64,000 nucleotides of DNA from Glaucostegus cemiculus (lineage: Eukaryota). Below the pieces are notes generated by a model. That model ran no database searches, had not been told where the DNA came from, and saw only the letters and a program-made list of their open reading frames with translations. The stretch is taken from contig CDPCPM010000014.1 in NCBI GenBank assembly GCA_976551045.1, forward strand, positions 20,832,001-20,896,000, given 5' to 3'. Shown piece after piece: positions 46,392 to 59,509 of this stretch; the first letter of the stretch is position 1; each line of letters begins with the position of its first letter. Position numbers and translations under genes: made by a program.

Positions 46392-47659
46392 ATGTATCTG
46401 TGTGTGTGTATATATCTCAACTAAAAAAGGCAAGCATGCCATACGCCGCCTTTACTAAATTTCATTTTCTTTTGCCTCTTCATTGTAACACCTAGTGTTA
46501 TGATATTTTCCAATACTGCTTGGTCACTTAAAATGTATTTGCCCTTGAAACTTTGAAATAATTTAAAGTCATACATGTCCAATTACTTTTCCTAATTGGA
46601 TGATGAATGATTGTTACTGTTGTTGAATCTACTGTGTTCCTTGGAATATTGCCCTTGGCATGGGTTTTGCCAGCTGGGGAATACAGGTCTGTAGATGCAT
46701 TCTTGCACCCAAAGCAAAGAGCAATTTTCACAGGCTAAAATATGACCCACGCAAGGTACTTGGCACTACAAATGACACTATTTGAGAAAGCAGATTTAGA
46801 AAGAAGGCTGGTATTAATCAATGAATGAACTATCTGTAGTATGATTAAAAGCAGGGCTTCAACAGGACCCATTTATTATGTTTATTTTCACTAACACTCT
46901 CATGCTCTGAAGTTGCAGTGGAACAGGATCAGAACCAAACAACAGATCGATAAATCAGTGTTTTGTTTAAAAACACTGATGTCAAAATAATTATCTTTAT
47001 TAATTGGCTGCAATTCTTTAAACCACCTACATTCTTGATGTAATGCTCTCATGTGAGAAAGACAAACTGAGTCCTCTATTTCCACTTAGGCAGTGTAATG
47101 AAATGAAAATAATTGTTCTACTGGAATCAATTATGTCCTTACTTTGGGGTATGACCTAAGACAAAGAAAGATGAAAAGATTTTTTTTGCAATTAATTGAA
47201 TGTTGCATGTAGACTTCTAAATCCATTATAGGCTAACAGCATTTTGAGTTATAAATAAGAAGCTTAAGGCTGCAAAAACAAAAGTTTAAATTTATACAAA
47301 ACATAATCACAATAAATAGCATGAATAAATTTAGCCAATGCATTATTTAAAAAAAAACTGAGTAGAGCTATTAAGAATAGATTTTTTTCAAAAGAAAATT
47401 AGATAAAGGAAGTTAACCGTGGTTAATCCCAGTTTTAATTGCATTTTCAAACAATAGAAAGTATTTTATTTTTAGTTCTCCAATTAGAATGGCTTTACCT
47501 TTTTCAATGGTCCATTGAAGAAACTGTAACTTGCAAAAGCCTAACTGACCTGAGGTAACATGCCTGCAGGATTTCAGAGAAGTCTGGCAGGCCAGATTTG
47601 GCTTGCAGAGCATTGTGCAGAACTTAACTTTAGAGCTCAGCTTACTTTTGCCCTGTCAT

Positions 47660-48472
47660 GATTGTCAAGGCAGGATGTTCTGTGAAGGCAGTGGGCAGAG
47701 ACGGGGGGGTGGAGGGAAGAGGGTGCTGTGGTGTGGTGTCCATGTCAATGTCATGGCCAGAAGGCATTGATCATCACAACAATATGGTGGCTGTGAAGAT
47801 TGGTGATGGGTGTTGGGGGAGAGGGTGCACAGCGTAGGTTTTGCAAGAAAATGGCGGTGGCCTGGATTAATCCACCCACCCCTTTGCAGACTGGATTTGC
47901 TAAGAGGGTGTGAAGAATGATGCAAGGTCCGTGTCCCAATTTATCTCAAGCAGCTGTGTGACAGAGTCTCTGATCTACAGGCTGTTCCCGGGGACACACA
48001 CCGAGACGGACATCAAGTGCTGCTGGAAGGTCATCAACTTGGTGAACGATGCTCTTTGGTCTGCCTGAAACTTGTTGGTCTTCCAGCACATCAAGATGTC
48101 TATAAGGGAATGCTGCTAACTGGCACAGTCCAGACTGCAGGAGTACATGCTGAGGGATGCACTGAAGCTTGGTGCAGCCACTGCTAGGGCTCTGTGGGGA
48201 AGAACCACAGTCTAGGTTCCTTCTGTTATTGCACATGGAGGGGCTGCATAGGGTGGAAAAGCCCCTCGAAGAATGAAAGGGGTATCACCTCAGGAAGCCA
48301 CATAAGTGGCAATGGTGTTATGTTTGTTTGTATGTTTCTTCTTCTGTCTCCTTGTGCTTTACACTAATGAATGTAACAACTGTAAATGTTGAGCTTTTGT
48401 ATTTTGCACTGTTCTTCCTTCATATATATTTTTATATTATGAATAAAGTTTATTTTTGAAATAATAAAATAA
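47660..48472 (+). mobile_element. Tx1/L1-clade LINE 3' end
   Basis: Translation LIYRLFPGTHTETDIKCCWKVINLVNDALWSA*NLLVFQH at ~47969-48090 (L1/Tx1 C-terminal W..RN..VF motif). AATAAA and an A-rich tail at ~48443-48472. Confidence 0.7.
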
Positions 48473-49236
48473 GGAAATACGGTGGCCTCGATTAATCCTG
48501 CAGCAAGTACTGTGTAAATCTCTATTGCATTAAAAAAAAAGTGCACTTAATTTGTTGAGGCATGTAATTAACATGTTGATTGGCAATCACATTAATCTTG
48601 AATGTTAACTTGGATTAATTAACTGCTCTATTTCAAAGGCAAAGAGAATTTAGACCTTGATTTCTTTAGGATAATGGAAGGGATGGGAAGGTGTAATATG
48701 GTACTTGAGTTATCATTTCCAATAGAGCAAAGAATGCTAAGGATATATATTGGAAGCTTTTAAATTCATTACCTTTAGATGCCATGAGAATAAGGAACAT
48801 GGAAGACATTGGAGAGTGAGTAGCATGAGACTTTCATTTAAAATATTGATCCAAGGGCAAGGAGGGAGTTCAGAATGCATCTCTTTACTTGGAATAGCTT
48901 TTGAAGCATGCAACAAATACTGGTTGAACCATTGTTTATTCAAAGAAAACTAGTGAGTACAGGAAGATAATAGGCAGTGAGGAGCTTCAGAGTGCTCTAG
49001 CAAAAAGCCAGCACAAACACGATGACCTGAATTCCTCTCCTATAAACTGTTGTGATTGACAGATTGCTAGGAATCATAAGATTTCACTCATTTACAGGAA
49101 ATACTTCCAAGCTCCTTCACCTTCATGTAATCTTTACACTTATGAAATTAAGTAACTTTGGAGAGTGGAAAAAAGATCATGGGAACTTGTGATAAGTGAA
49201 TGATCCAGTTATTAATACTTTTTTTTTCATACCTTA

Positions 49237-52200
49237 ATGATCAGCAACAGTGGTGGTGCGGAGCCTGGTCCTGTGGCTCAGGTGGCTAGGGAAGGAGTCA
49301 GGAGGGCACTAGTTATACGGGACTCTATAGTGAGGTGGGCAGATAAGAGATTCTGTGGATGCAGGAAAGAAACTCGCAAGGTGGTTTGCCTCCCAGGTGT
49401 CAGGGTCCGGGATGTTTCTGACTGCGTCCAAGAAATCTTGAAGGGGGAAGGAGAGCAGCCGGAGGTTGTGGTACATATTGGTGCCAACGACATTGGTAAG
49501 GAAAGGAATGAGGTCCTGAAAGGTGCCTATAGAGAGTTAGGAAGGAGGTTGAAAAGCAGGACCCCAAAGGTGGTAATTTCTGGAGTGTTACCTGTGCTAA
49601 GTGACAGTGGGTACAGGAACAGGATGAGGAGGAGGTTAAATCCGTGGTTGAGGGACTGGAGCAAGGATTCAGTTTTCTGGATCATTGGGGCCTCTTTTGG
49701 GGCAGGTATGACCTCTTCAAAGAGGACGGGTTGCATTTGAACCCCCAGGAGGACTAACATACTGGCCGGGAGGTTTGCTAAGGCTACTGGGGAGAGTTTA
49801 AACTAGAAGAGCTGGGGGGTGGGATTCATGCTGGAGTGGTCAGGGAAGAGGTGGTAGGCTCTCGGTTAGTGGAGGCTAGGAGTAAGTATTGTAGGCAGGT
49901 GTTAGAGAAGGGAAGTGTTCAGACAGGTTTGAGATGTCTCTATTTTAATGTGAGCAGTATTGTTAACAAGGCAGATGAGCTTAGAGCTTGGATTGATACT
50001 TGGAGATATGGTGTGGTGGTCATTACTGAGACTTGGTTGATCCTGGGGCTGGAATGGTTGATTCAGGTGCTGGGGTTTAGATGCTTCAGGAAGGACAGGC
50101 AGGGGGGCAAGAGGGGAGGTGGCGTGGTGCTTTTGATCAGAGAGAGTGTTACGGCTACGGAAAAGGTGGAAGCTGTGGAGGGATTGTCTACAGAGTCCCT
50201 GTGGGTGGAGGTTAGGAACAGGAAAGGGTCCGTAACGTTACTGGGTGTTTTTTATAGGCCGCCCGATAGTGACAGGGTTATTGAGGAGCAGATAGGGAGG
50301 CAGATCCTAGAAAAATGTGAGAATAACAGAGTTGTGGTGATGGGGGATTTTAACTTCCCAAATGTCGACTGGCGTCTCCAGACGGTGAGGGGTTTAGATA
50401 GGCTGGAGTTTGTTAGGTGTGCTCAGGAAGGGTTCTTGACACAGTATGTGGATAGTCCTACAAGAGGAGAGGCTGTGCTGGATTTGATACTGGGTAATGA
50501 ACCTGGTCAGGTGTCAGATCTCTCGGTGGGAGGACATTTTGGTGATAGTGACCATAATTCTATCTCCTTTATGTTGGCAATGGAGAGGGATAGGAACAGG
50601 CACACTAGAAAAGCGTATAATTGGAGTAGAGGGAATTATGAGGGCTTCAGGCAAGAAATTGGAAGATTAAATTGGGAGCAGATGTTCTCCGGGAAAAGTA
50701 CAGAGGATATGTGGCAGATATTCAGGGGGTATTTGTGTGGCGCTCTTCACAGACATGTTCCGATGAGACAGGGAAGTCGTGAGAGGATGCGGGAACCGTG
50801 GTGTACGGAGGCTATAATAAAGCTAGTCAAGGAGAGTCAAAAAGCGCACAAAAGGTACAGGGAGCTTAGGTAATGTTAGAGATCTGGAAGAATACAAGGC
50901 TAATAGGAAGGAACTTAAAGAGATGAGGAGAGCCAGAAGGGGACATGAGAAGGCCTTGGCAGGTAGGATTAAGGAAAACTCCAGGTATGTGAAGAGGATG
51001 AGATGTGAAAGGATAGGGCCTATCAAGAGTGGAAGCGGGAAAGTGTGTATGCACTCGGAAGAAATAGCGGAGGTGCTTAATTAATACTTTACTTCGATAT
51101 TCACTATGGAGAAGGAGCTAGGGGATTGTAGTGGGGGCTTGCAGCGGCCAGAAAGGATTGAGGGGGTGGATGTTAGAAAGGAGGAGGTGCTGAAACTTTT
51201 GGAGAGTATTAAGTTAGATAAGTCGCCAGGGCTGGACGAGATGTATCCCAGGTTGCTGTGGGAGGCGAGGGAGGAGATTGCGGAGCCTCTGACGATGATC
51301 TTTGCGTCGTCGATGGAGACGGGAGAGGTTCCGGTAGATTGGAGAGTTGCGGATGTTGTGCCGTTATTCAAGAAGGGGAATAAGGATAACCCGGGGAATT
51401 ATAGACCGGTGAGTCTTACCTCGGTGGTTGGTAAGCTGCTGGAGAGGATCCTGAGAGGCAGGATTTATGAACACTTGGAGAAGCATGGCATGATTAGAAA
51501 TAGTCAGCATGGTTTTGTCATTTGCAGGTCCTGTCTGATGAGGCTTATAGAATTTTTTGAAGAGGAGACCAAGAATGTCGATGAAGGGAGATCGGTAGAT
51601 GTAGTGTATATGGATTTTAGCAAGGCATTTGATAAGGTGCCCCATGCGAGGCTTATGGAGAAGGTGAGGAGACACGGGATCCAGGGGGACATTGCAGTGT
51701 GGATTCAGAATTGGCTGGCCCACAGAAGACAGAGTGGTTGTGGAAGGGTCGTATTCTGAGTGGAGGTCGGTGACCTCCGGTGTACCTCGGATCTGTGCTG
51801 GGACCCTTGCTGTTTGTCATCTTTATAAATGACCTGGATGAGGGAGTGGAGGGGTGGGTTAGTAAGTTTGCTGACTACATGAAGGTTGGGGGAGTTGTGG
51901 ATAGTTTGGAGGGCTGTCAGAGGCTACAGAGGGACATAGATAGGATGCAGAGTTGGGCTGAGAAATGGCAGATGCAGTTCAACCCGGACAAATGTGAAGT
52001 GATTTATTTTGGTAGGTTGAATAGGTTGGCGGAATATAGAGTTAATGGTAAGACTCTTGGCAGTGTGGAGGATCAGATGGATCTTGGGGTCAGAGTCCAT
52101 AGGATGCTCAAGGCGGCTGCGCAGGTTGACTCCGTGGTTAGGAAGGCGTATGGTGTATTGTCCTTCATCGGTCGAGGGATTGAATTTAGGAGTAGGGAGG

Positions 52201-52765
52201 TAATGCTTCAGTTGTATAGGTCCCTGGTCAGACCCCACCTGGAGTATTGTGTTCAGTTCTGGTTGCCTCACTACAGGAAGGATGTGGAAGCTATAGAGAG
52301 GGTGCAGAGGAGGTTTACGGGGATGCTGCCTGGAAAGAGGAGCATGCCTTATGAGAGCAGGTTGCGGGAACTCGGCCTTTTCTCCTTGGAGAGAAGGAGG
52401 ATGAGGGGGGACCTGATTGAGGTGTACAAGATGATGAGAGGTATTGATAGGGTAGATAGTCAGAGGCTTTTCCCCAGGGCTGAAATGGTGGCCACAAGAG
52501 AACATAGGTTTAAGGTGCTGGGAGGAAGATATAGGGGAGATGTTAGGGGTAAGTTTTTTTACTCAAAGTGGTGAGTGCATGGAATGGGCTGCCGGAGTTG
52601 GTGGTGGAGGCGGATATGTTAGGGTCTTTCAAGAGACTGTTGGATAGGTACATGGAGGTAAATAAGATAGAAGGCTATGGGTAAGCCTAATAGTTTGGGG
52701 ACATGTTCGACACAGCTTTGTGGGCCAAAGGGCCTGAATTGTGCTGTAGGTATCTATGTTCTATC
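49237..52765 (+). mobile_element. Young, nearly complete CR1 LINE: ORF1 SGNH esterase + ORF2 APE endonuclease/RT, disabled
   Basis: ORF 49237-49740 (VIRDSIVR..VVCLPG..VVVHIGANDI, GDSL/SGNH esterase). ORF 49836-50873 (YFNVSSI, ITETWL, GVFYRPP, MGDFNFP, LDLIL, SDHN = APE). ORFs 51106-51759 and 51780-52574 (NYRPVSLTS, QHGF, YMDFSKAFDKV, GSVLGPLLF, KFADY). Tail CTATGTTCTAT. Confidence 0.95.
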
Positions 52766-52974
52766 TTTATATTTTAAGCTGACACAGCTGTCCTGCCTAT
52801 ATAAACAGGAAATAGTATTGCACACTTATTGAGACACTACTCCCAGCAAGCAGTGGAATGACTACCAAGTTCATAACCATAAACTCCCATGAGGTTATTA
52901 AAATGTAGTTTATTTTGTAATTAGACAGAAATATCACCAGATTGTGATAGATTTAAATATAATTGCCGTAATTA

Positions 52975-54185
52975 AGTGTTGGCCAGTGTCAAAACTGGCT
53001 GCGTTATTGACAGGAGGAAAGTTCTCGGCTGCAAGAAAACATCAGTGGACTGGTTATGTGCATGCAAGTGGTAAATGGAATTCAATCCTGAAAAGTGTGA
53101 GCCCATAGCTTTGGAAGCAAAGCAAAAACAAAAAAGCAGAATAAATGGTGGAATGTTTAGAGATCCCAACAAGGAATGTAGGGATCGCTGAAGTACCTAG
53201 ACAGGGTAAGGAGGCGCATGGAATATTTTTTATTGGCTGAGAAACGGGACATAAAGTATGAGAACTATATAAACTAGTCAGGCCACAGAGTACTGTCTAG
53301 AGTTCCATTTGCTGCATTACAGAAAGGGTATAATGCCACAAGTCAAGGAAAAAGGAAATATTGTTGCTTGGGCTAGAGAATTGTATTTAGAAGAGGCTGA
53401 CTAGGCTAAAGTTCTCTTTAAAATAGTGGAAGCTGAAGTGAAATTAAATTCACGTCCAAAAAAAATTGAGGTCTAGCATGTGAACAGGAAGGACCCAGGC
53501 CTCCCCTGTGGGGAAATTTGATAACGAGGAAACATTTGTTAATTAGATTCGACAGTAGTTGAGAAAATAATTGAGTCAGAGTATTATGGCTGCAGAACTA
53601 GCTGCCTCTAAAGGTTGAAGGAGGCAGAGAACCCCACGTCGTTATAAGCTATGTGGATAGGGGCCATTGACCTCCAAAGCTACAGGTTGAGAGGAGGGAA
53701 GCAGAAATAATTTGTGATGAGGACGCACACCACTGTTTCACCAGATTGACTCTCAGATGGTAGGTTTGTCACACGAGGAGAGGTTAAGCAGGATGGGTCT
53801 ATCTTGATGGTGATTTTTGTTGGAATATTTAAATAAAAAAACTGAGGAACTTGACAGATGCATGTGGAGTTGACGTTTCCCATACCTAAGATGTCTAGGA
53901 CAGAGATCACAGTCTAATAATATAGGATCATCCATTTGGAACAGTGATAAGAAGTTTCTTCACCCAGAGGATAGTGAATATTTGGAATAATCTACCCAAG
54001 AGGGCTGTAATAGTTCAATTGCTGAGTATATTCAAAGCAGGTTGATAGATTTTTAGATATTGAGGGATCTGGATTTGCGCAGAAAGCTGGTACTGAGGTA
54101 AAAGATCAGCTGTGATCTTGTTGAATGGTGGAGCAGGTACGTGAGGCTGAATGCCCTACCTGCTTCTGTTTCCTATGTTCCATCC
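52975..54185 (+). mobile_element. Old CR1 fragments
   Basis: GGTAAATGGAATTCAATCCTGAAAAGTGTGAG and TTCTTCACCCAGAGGATAGTGAAT..TGGAATAATCTACC; 3' AATGGTGGAGCAGG..CCTACCTGCTTCTGTTTCCTATGTTC. Confidence 0.6.
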
Positions 54186-56756
54186 AGTTTTGAGACTAAT
54201 TGATCATTTCCATGAAATAATCTTGTGTAAAGCAGCTTCCTGCAGGTTTAATACTCTATCGCTGATTAGGAACAACTTTTGTGGAGCTATATATTTAGCT
54301 GACATCCGGTAGTGGTTGTCAGGATGCCTCTGGGTGAGGGGCAGGAGAGGGAGCAGAAGTAAATAAAGTGTGAGTGTATACAACTTGTATACATTCACAC
54401 TTGGACCAACATGTGCACTAATTTTTTTAAACTACATGCAAAAGCATTATACTAACATTCTCATTTAAATTCAAAGACAATTGGTGATTTGTTCATTGTT
54501 TCACAAATGAGCATACGTTAATAACTTGTTATTGAATGGGAAGAAACTGGATTGTTGCCATTATTTCATAAGCTAGAAGGTGGAGTGAGGATTCCTAGAA
54601 TTGAGGTCTGTACTCACATTAAAAAATATGCAACTATAATTTCCAGATTCTATTTAACTGGTTTTCTTTGACCTCCTTATGGTTTCCCATGTTGTTGGAT
54701 ATATGCATTTCTTGTCAAGTCGATGGTATTATCTCCCTAGATTGTAAATGTATGAGACTCTTGTTACTATTTGACTTCACCTTCCTCTATTTGCGTGTGT
54801 GTTTAAAGAATGCACATTAAAAGTGTATGACTGAAGTGGTTCATTTTAATCCTCGGATTTGGCATCCTCTCTTCACATCATCTGATTTGGTCCTTTCATT
54901 GCTTCAAGGTAGTTTACATGTGATCATGAAAGCTGCTGATTCATGTCCGCAAAATAGAATTCAGTGATCTGCAGCACGATGTGATGTTCTAAACTTTGAT
55001 TAAAAACAAGGTTGAAATTCTACTTGGAGCCATCAACCTATAGAAAAAACGGATCATTCTGTCAATTAATGCAGAATGGTACATGGTATTTGTACAGTAC
55101 ACATAGCTAACATGAAACATTGTTGAATGGTAGACTACAAGTTAAATCCATTAGTGAAATGTATTTTCTGCTCAAAGCAGCTTAATCTTTGGAAGGATAG
55201 TTAGGGGGTGGGGAGGGAAAGAAAAGAGTAAATTGAACGATACACAATACATTCTTTCAAATAGCTGCTTGGAGTATGTAGAAATACAACAATTCAATAA
55301 CCATTAGCCAAAAACACCATTCCTATCCCAGTGAATTTTAAGAATGTTTCCCAGTTTGGGTCTACTTGGTAAAATATTTGATTAGAAGAATGTAAATCTT
55401 GGGTTCTGCTTGATAAATTTCCCTTAAAATCCAATTGTACTTTGTTCAATTTTTGTCAAATACAATTACAGATGAAACAGAACTTACTCTGTATTACATG
55501 TGGGATTCTACCATAAGCTTCAGTATCCAAAAGTTTAAATTTGCAACTTCTCATTGCTCTGTAATAAGATCCCCATGATCCAAAGGTAATTACATGTGTC
55601 AGAATAGAGGAGTAAAACTGGAAAAATAATCAGAACTTTTTTTAATATTTGTCTTGTATTATTATTATAAATTGCTGTGTTTAGTGCTTTGTGTTTCAAG
55701 GTGAAATAATTACTACATAATTCTTTGCCACTTATTGTTAATGACTTTACTGCAGGCTGCCTTGTAGTGTTGCAAATGCATTGCCATCAGTCATGATAGT
55801 GTTTGAACTGCTTATGCATTCACAATATATGGGATGTTATCAATGATTCAAAGGGTTCAATAATAGGAATTGCCAGCAAAATTTGCCAGTAGTAAATAAT
55901 ACATAATCTTTTAAAGTGATATGTCATTTTCTCAGTTAAGACAGATAATTGTAGCATTCTTTATAGTTCATTGGTCAAGTACCTTGTTTTCCATTGTAAA
56001 TAATTGAAACATGTCTGCACTTGAATTTATTCTTGACAAGTGAAGATCATCATTTAATGGGAATCTGTGATGCCTGTTCTAAATTGAGTATATTTTATCA
56101 CTGTGTCTGCTCTCAGGCTTTAAAATGATGGTGGTTTAGAGTCAACAGCAGCATTTTTTCTTGCTGTTTTATTTACTAGAGTTATTGACTGGAATTTAGT
56201 CCCAGTTCTGATCCTTTTCACTTCTCGTGCCAAATAAAAGCCAACTGAGTTGTTCCAGTTTTAAATTTGGATCCATATCTTTAAAAGTGCGTGTATTCAA
56301 AAGAATTTCTGTGGCAACTTAGCACTTCTTTACTGGGAAGACAATTGTAATGGGATTAACAATGACCTGGCATACAAACGTTTTATTATATTTGGGTTCT
56401 TTGTTCTTGCTCCTTCCGTCGGCCAACTGTAAGGACATATTATGAAGCTCAAAGGTTGTAGTGCAGTTGAAATTTGTCAATGCTGGTAGTATGAGATGGG
56501 TTCTTAACAAGCCCAAAGACATAATGTGTCAGATTTGTCGTGTCTGTTGAAGCTAGTTGAAAAGAAAATCAGACACTAAATAAACAGTCTGCTACTTCAT
56601 TCAGAGTCGCTTTACACAGGCGCTAATTAATTTCATCTGTATGTATCTTTATAGTGTATAGTTCATAAGTTGCCAGTCTTGTTTGCAAAGATACTCGCAA
56701 TTGTTAATATTTCTAAGTAATTTTTTTTCCACTTCCCTCCCCCACCCCCTCTCCAG

Positions 56757-56975
56757 GTATCAGCAACCTTTGCAGCGAGCTTGGTAATTAGTCCTGCCAT
56801 TGGTGCTTATCTTTCTAGTAAATATGGAGATAATCTTGTGGTACTTGTAGCCACTGTGATTGCAGCATTGGACATCTGTTTCATCTTAGTGGCTGTGCCT
56901 GAATCTCTCCCTGAAAAGGTTCGACCAGCTTCACGAGGATCACCTTTCTCATGGGAGCAAGCAGACCCTTTCTCT
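56757..56975 (+). CDS. MFSD14B: MFSD14B exon 6 (219 bp)
   Basis: tccag|VSATFAASLVISPAIGAYLSSKYGDNLVVLVATVIAALDICFILVAVPESLPEKVRPASRGSPFSWEQADPFS|gtaagt. Contains the MFS PESL motif. Confidence 0.95.
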
Positions 56976-57039
56976 GTAAGTATGCTTTAATCTGTATGTA
57001 GACTGTAATTACCATAGTGTAATATTTGTGCTAGGCAAC

Positions 57040-57400
57040 AGGGGTGTGCATGGTGTTGCAGCAGGTAGTGCTGCTGCCTCAGTCACAGTGACTTGGATTC
57101 AGTCCATACCTTCAGTGCTGTCTGTGGAATTTGCATGTTCTCCCTGTAACCATGAGGATTTCCCCAAGTGCTTCCACGTCCCAGAAACATGCTGGTTGCT
57201 AGGTTAATTGACTTCTGTAAATTGCTCCTGGTATGTGTCCCTAGGGTTTATGACAATCGGGGGAAGTTGATGGGGATATCAAAGAGAAATGATTAACAGG
57301 AAAATGAATGAGGGAATGGAATTAATGGGAATGCTTTGGGAGTTGTCATAGACCTGATTGGCCAAATGGCCACTTCCTGTGTTGGAAGGGAAATGAGAGA
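57040..57400 (+). mobile_element. V-SINE/HE1-like SINE
   Basis: tRNA-like head (GGTGTTGCAGCAGGTAGTGCTGCTGCCTCA..GGATTCAGTCC) and core GGAATTTGCATGTTCTCCCTGT..TAGGTTAATTG..TGTAAATTG. Confidence 0.7.
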
Positions 57401-58202
57401 ATTAGCTCTAATTATATAAAATTTTATGCATTTTTATTTTAACTCTTTGCCAAACTAAGAGCCATAGGAGTTGACCTTTTATCTTAGCTGACTTGTGCCT
57501 CAAGCTGCTCTGAGGTAGTATTTAATCCTTCATCCAAAGGTGATACATTTTGTAGTGCTTGTTAAATGAGTTCAGATTGTGTTGCATTTTAAATAGTAGA
57601 AATGTTAACAAATTTAATAATACTGGATGCTATGAAATTAAAAGTTGCATGCAGAAGCTCAGAAACAAAAGTTGATTATCACACAATGAATATTGTACCA
57701 GTAGAATAAGTTGCCTTAGCCAACATTGTGCTTTCAGTTGAATCATCCATTATCTCATCTTTGGGTACTTTTGACAGAGAACAATTGTTCAATTAGAATT
57801 TGTGCTGTTTTCTTCCTATATTTTGTTTCGCTTTATAGTTGTAATATTGTTTTTAAAATACTGTCTTGCCTCTTGACATCAATAACAGATTTGTAGGGAA
57901 AATTGCAACATACTCCTTTGGTTTTGCTATCACAAAACAAAATTCTCTATTAGCAGTGTGTTTGTCAGAGGTGGTTAAGCTATTTGTCTGCTGTCATTTA
58001 GGTTAATCTGAATTTGCATCCTTCCTGTTCATTTTGCTGCTGGTTTATACAACATTCCTTGCAAATCCCCACGGCACTACCTATATTGCAGAAAGGGAAA
58101 GATTAAGTGCATATGACAAAGCTACCAGAGATATGAAAGGTCTTAATCTGTCCTCTTAAAAACTGCCCCCACTCTCAGTAATGTTACAGTGCATCTTGCC
58201 TG

Positions 58203-58400
58203 AATTGGAATTGGTTTATTATTGTCACCTGTACCAAGGTACAGTGAAAAACTTGTCTTGCTTACCATTCCTAGAGATCAATTCATTACACAATGCATTG
58301 AGGTAGTACAAGGTAAAACAATACAGAATGCAGAGTAAAGTGTCACAGCTACAGAGAGAGTGCAATGTAGGTAGACAATAAAGTGCAAGGTCATAACAAT
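58203..58400 (-). mobile_element. Rex1/Babar 3' UTR
   Basis: Reverse complement of 10210-10392 and 31245-31432. Confidence 0.8.
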
Positions 58401-58723
58401 CTCCATCTTCTCTTAAATTTCCCATTCTGTTTTTGTGCTAAGTGGACAGAACAGTCCCAGATATTACAGTAGCATGACTACTTCCTGAATCCATACCCAT
58501 TCTTCTTTCTTGCAAAATTTATCTATTGCTGTGCCCTACCCTTATTGGTATTATTCCTTTAATCCTGATATTCCTATGCATTTCTGTGCTTTTATATTCT
58601 GTTTTCTGTTGTGCTATTCAGTTTTAGGGTGCTGGGTCAAATATTGTATGCTGCTTGTATATTATAACAGATAATATGTGACTTCAGGCTGACAGCATTT
58701 ACAAGGTAGCTTTTTTTTTACAG

Positions 58724-58837
58724 TCCTTGAGGAAGGTTGGGAAGGACACCACTGTGCTGCTAATCTGTATAACTGTATTTCTCTCGTACCTGCCCGAGGC
58801 TGGACAATACTCTAGCTTTTTCCTTTATCTTAAACAG
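58724..58837 (+). CDS. MFSD14B: MFSD14B exon 7 (114 bp)
   Basis: tacag|SLRKVGKDTTVLLICITVFLSYLPEAGQYSSFFLYLKQ|gttagt. Confidence 0.95.
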
Positions 58838-59437
58838 GTTAGTGTAAAATCATTCACTTAGCATTTCCTGATCTTGTATACAGCTTCAATGGTGCTATTA
58901 ATTTGACCAGCAAGGTTATTAGACTAGAGTTGAGAATACGAAAAATATCTGAAACCACAATATAATGAGGTGTATTATATTGAGTCAACACTGTATTTGA
59001 GTTTGACGTCAGCAGACTACTTGGTTGGGGTTGCAAAATGGGCAATACAGCTGGGTTTTCTTCAGTTTGAAGTATTTTTATGCCCTTGATACCTAATGGT
59101 AAACAGGACAACATTACCTTTTTTTTCCCCTCTTTTTCTTTATTTACCTTGACCCTCCCTCGCCCTTCACGTTAACAGGTAATTTTAATGCTTTTAGTGT
59201 TACTTATTAAAGATCAGCAATTCCCCAAGGGTCAAAAAAGCTGAATTTTACTTACAAAATTAAGGAAGATTATCTACAATGTTTTGACAACTAAACCTAA
59301 AAATAAAATTATCAACCATTGAAAATCCTATTGATAGTAAACTACAATTTATATACTCCCCTTTTTATTTTACCCTGCTGACTTAGGGGTCCTGCTCAGC
59401 CTATTACTTATAACTTAATTTTTGACTATCTTCTTAG

Positions 59438-59509
59438 GTTATTGATTTTTCTGCTGGGAATCTTGCAGCCTTTATAGCTGTGGTGGGAATCCTCTCTATA
59501 ATAGCACAG
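59438..59509 (+). CDS. MFSD14B: MFSD14B exon 8 (72 bp)
   Basis: cttag|VIDFSAGNLAAFIAVVGILSIIAQ|gtgagt. Confidence 0.95.

Noticed and set aside
51364-52505. Long minus-strand ORFs (119-193 aa)
   Set aside because: Antisense frames of CR1 ORF2.
57511-57532. TGAGGTAGTA, identical to the first 10 nt of let-7 (tempting because a let-7 cluster lies near human MFSD14B)
   Set aside because: It continues TTTAATCC rather than GGTTGTATAGTT, and there is no complementary 3' arm.
58299-58320. Second TGAGGTAGTA let-7-like match
   Set aside because: It lies within the antisense Rex1 3' UTR, with no hairpin and no mature-sequence match.
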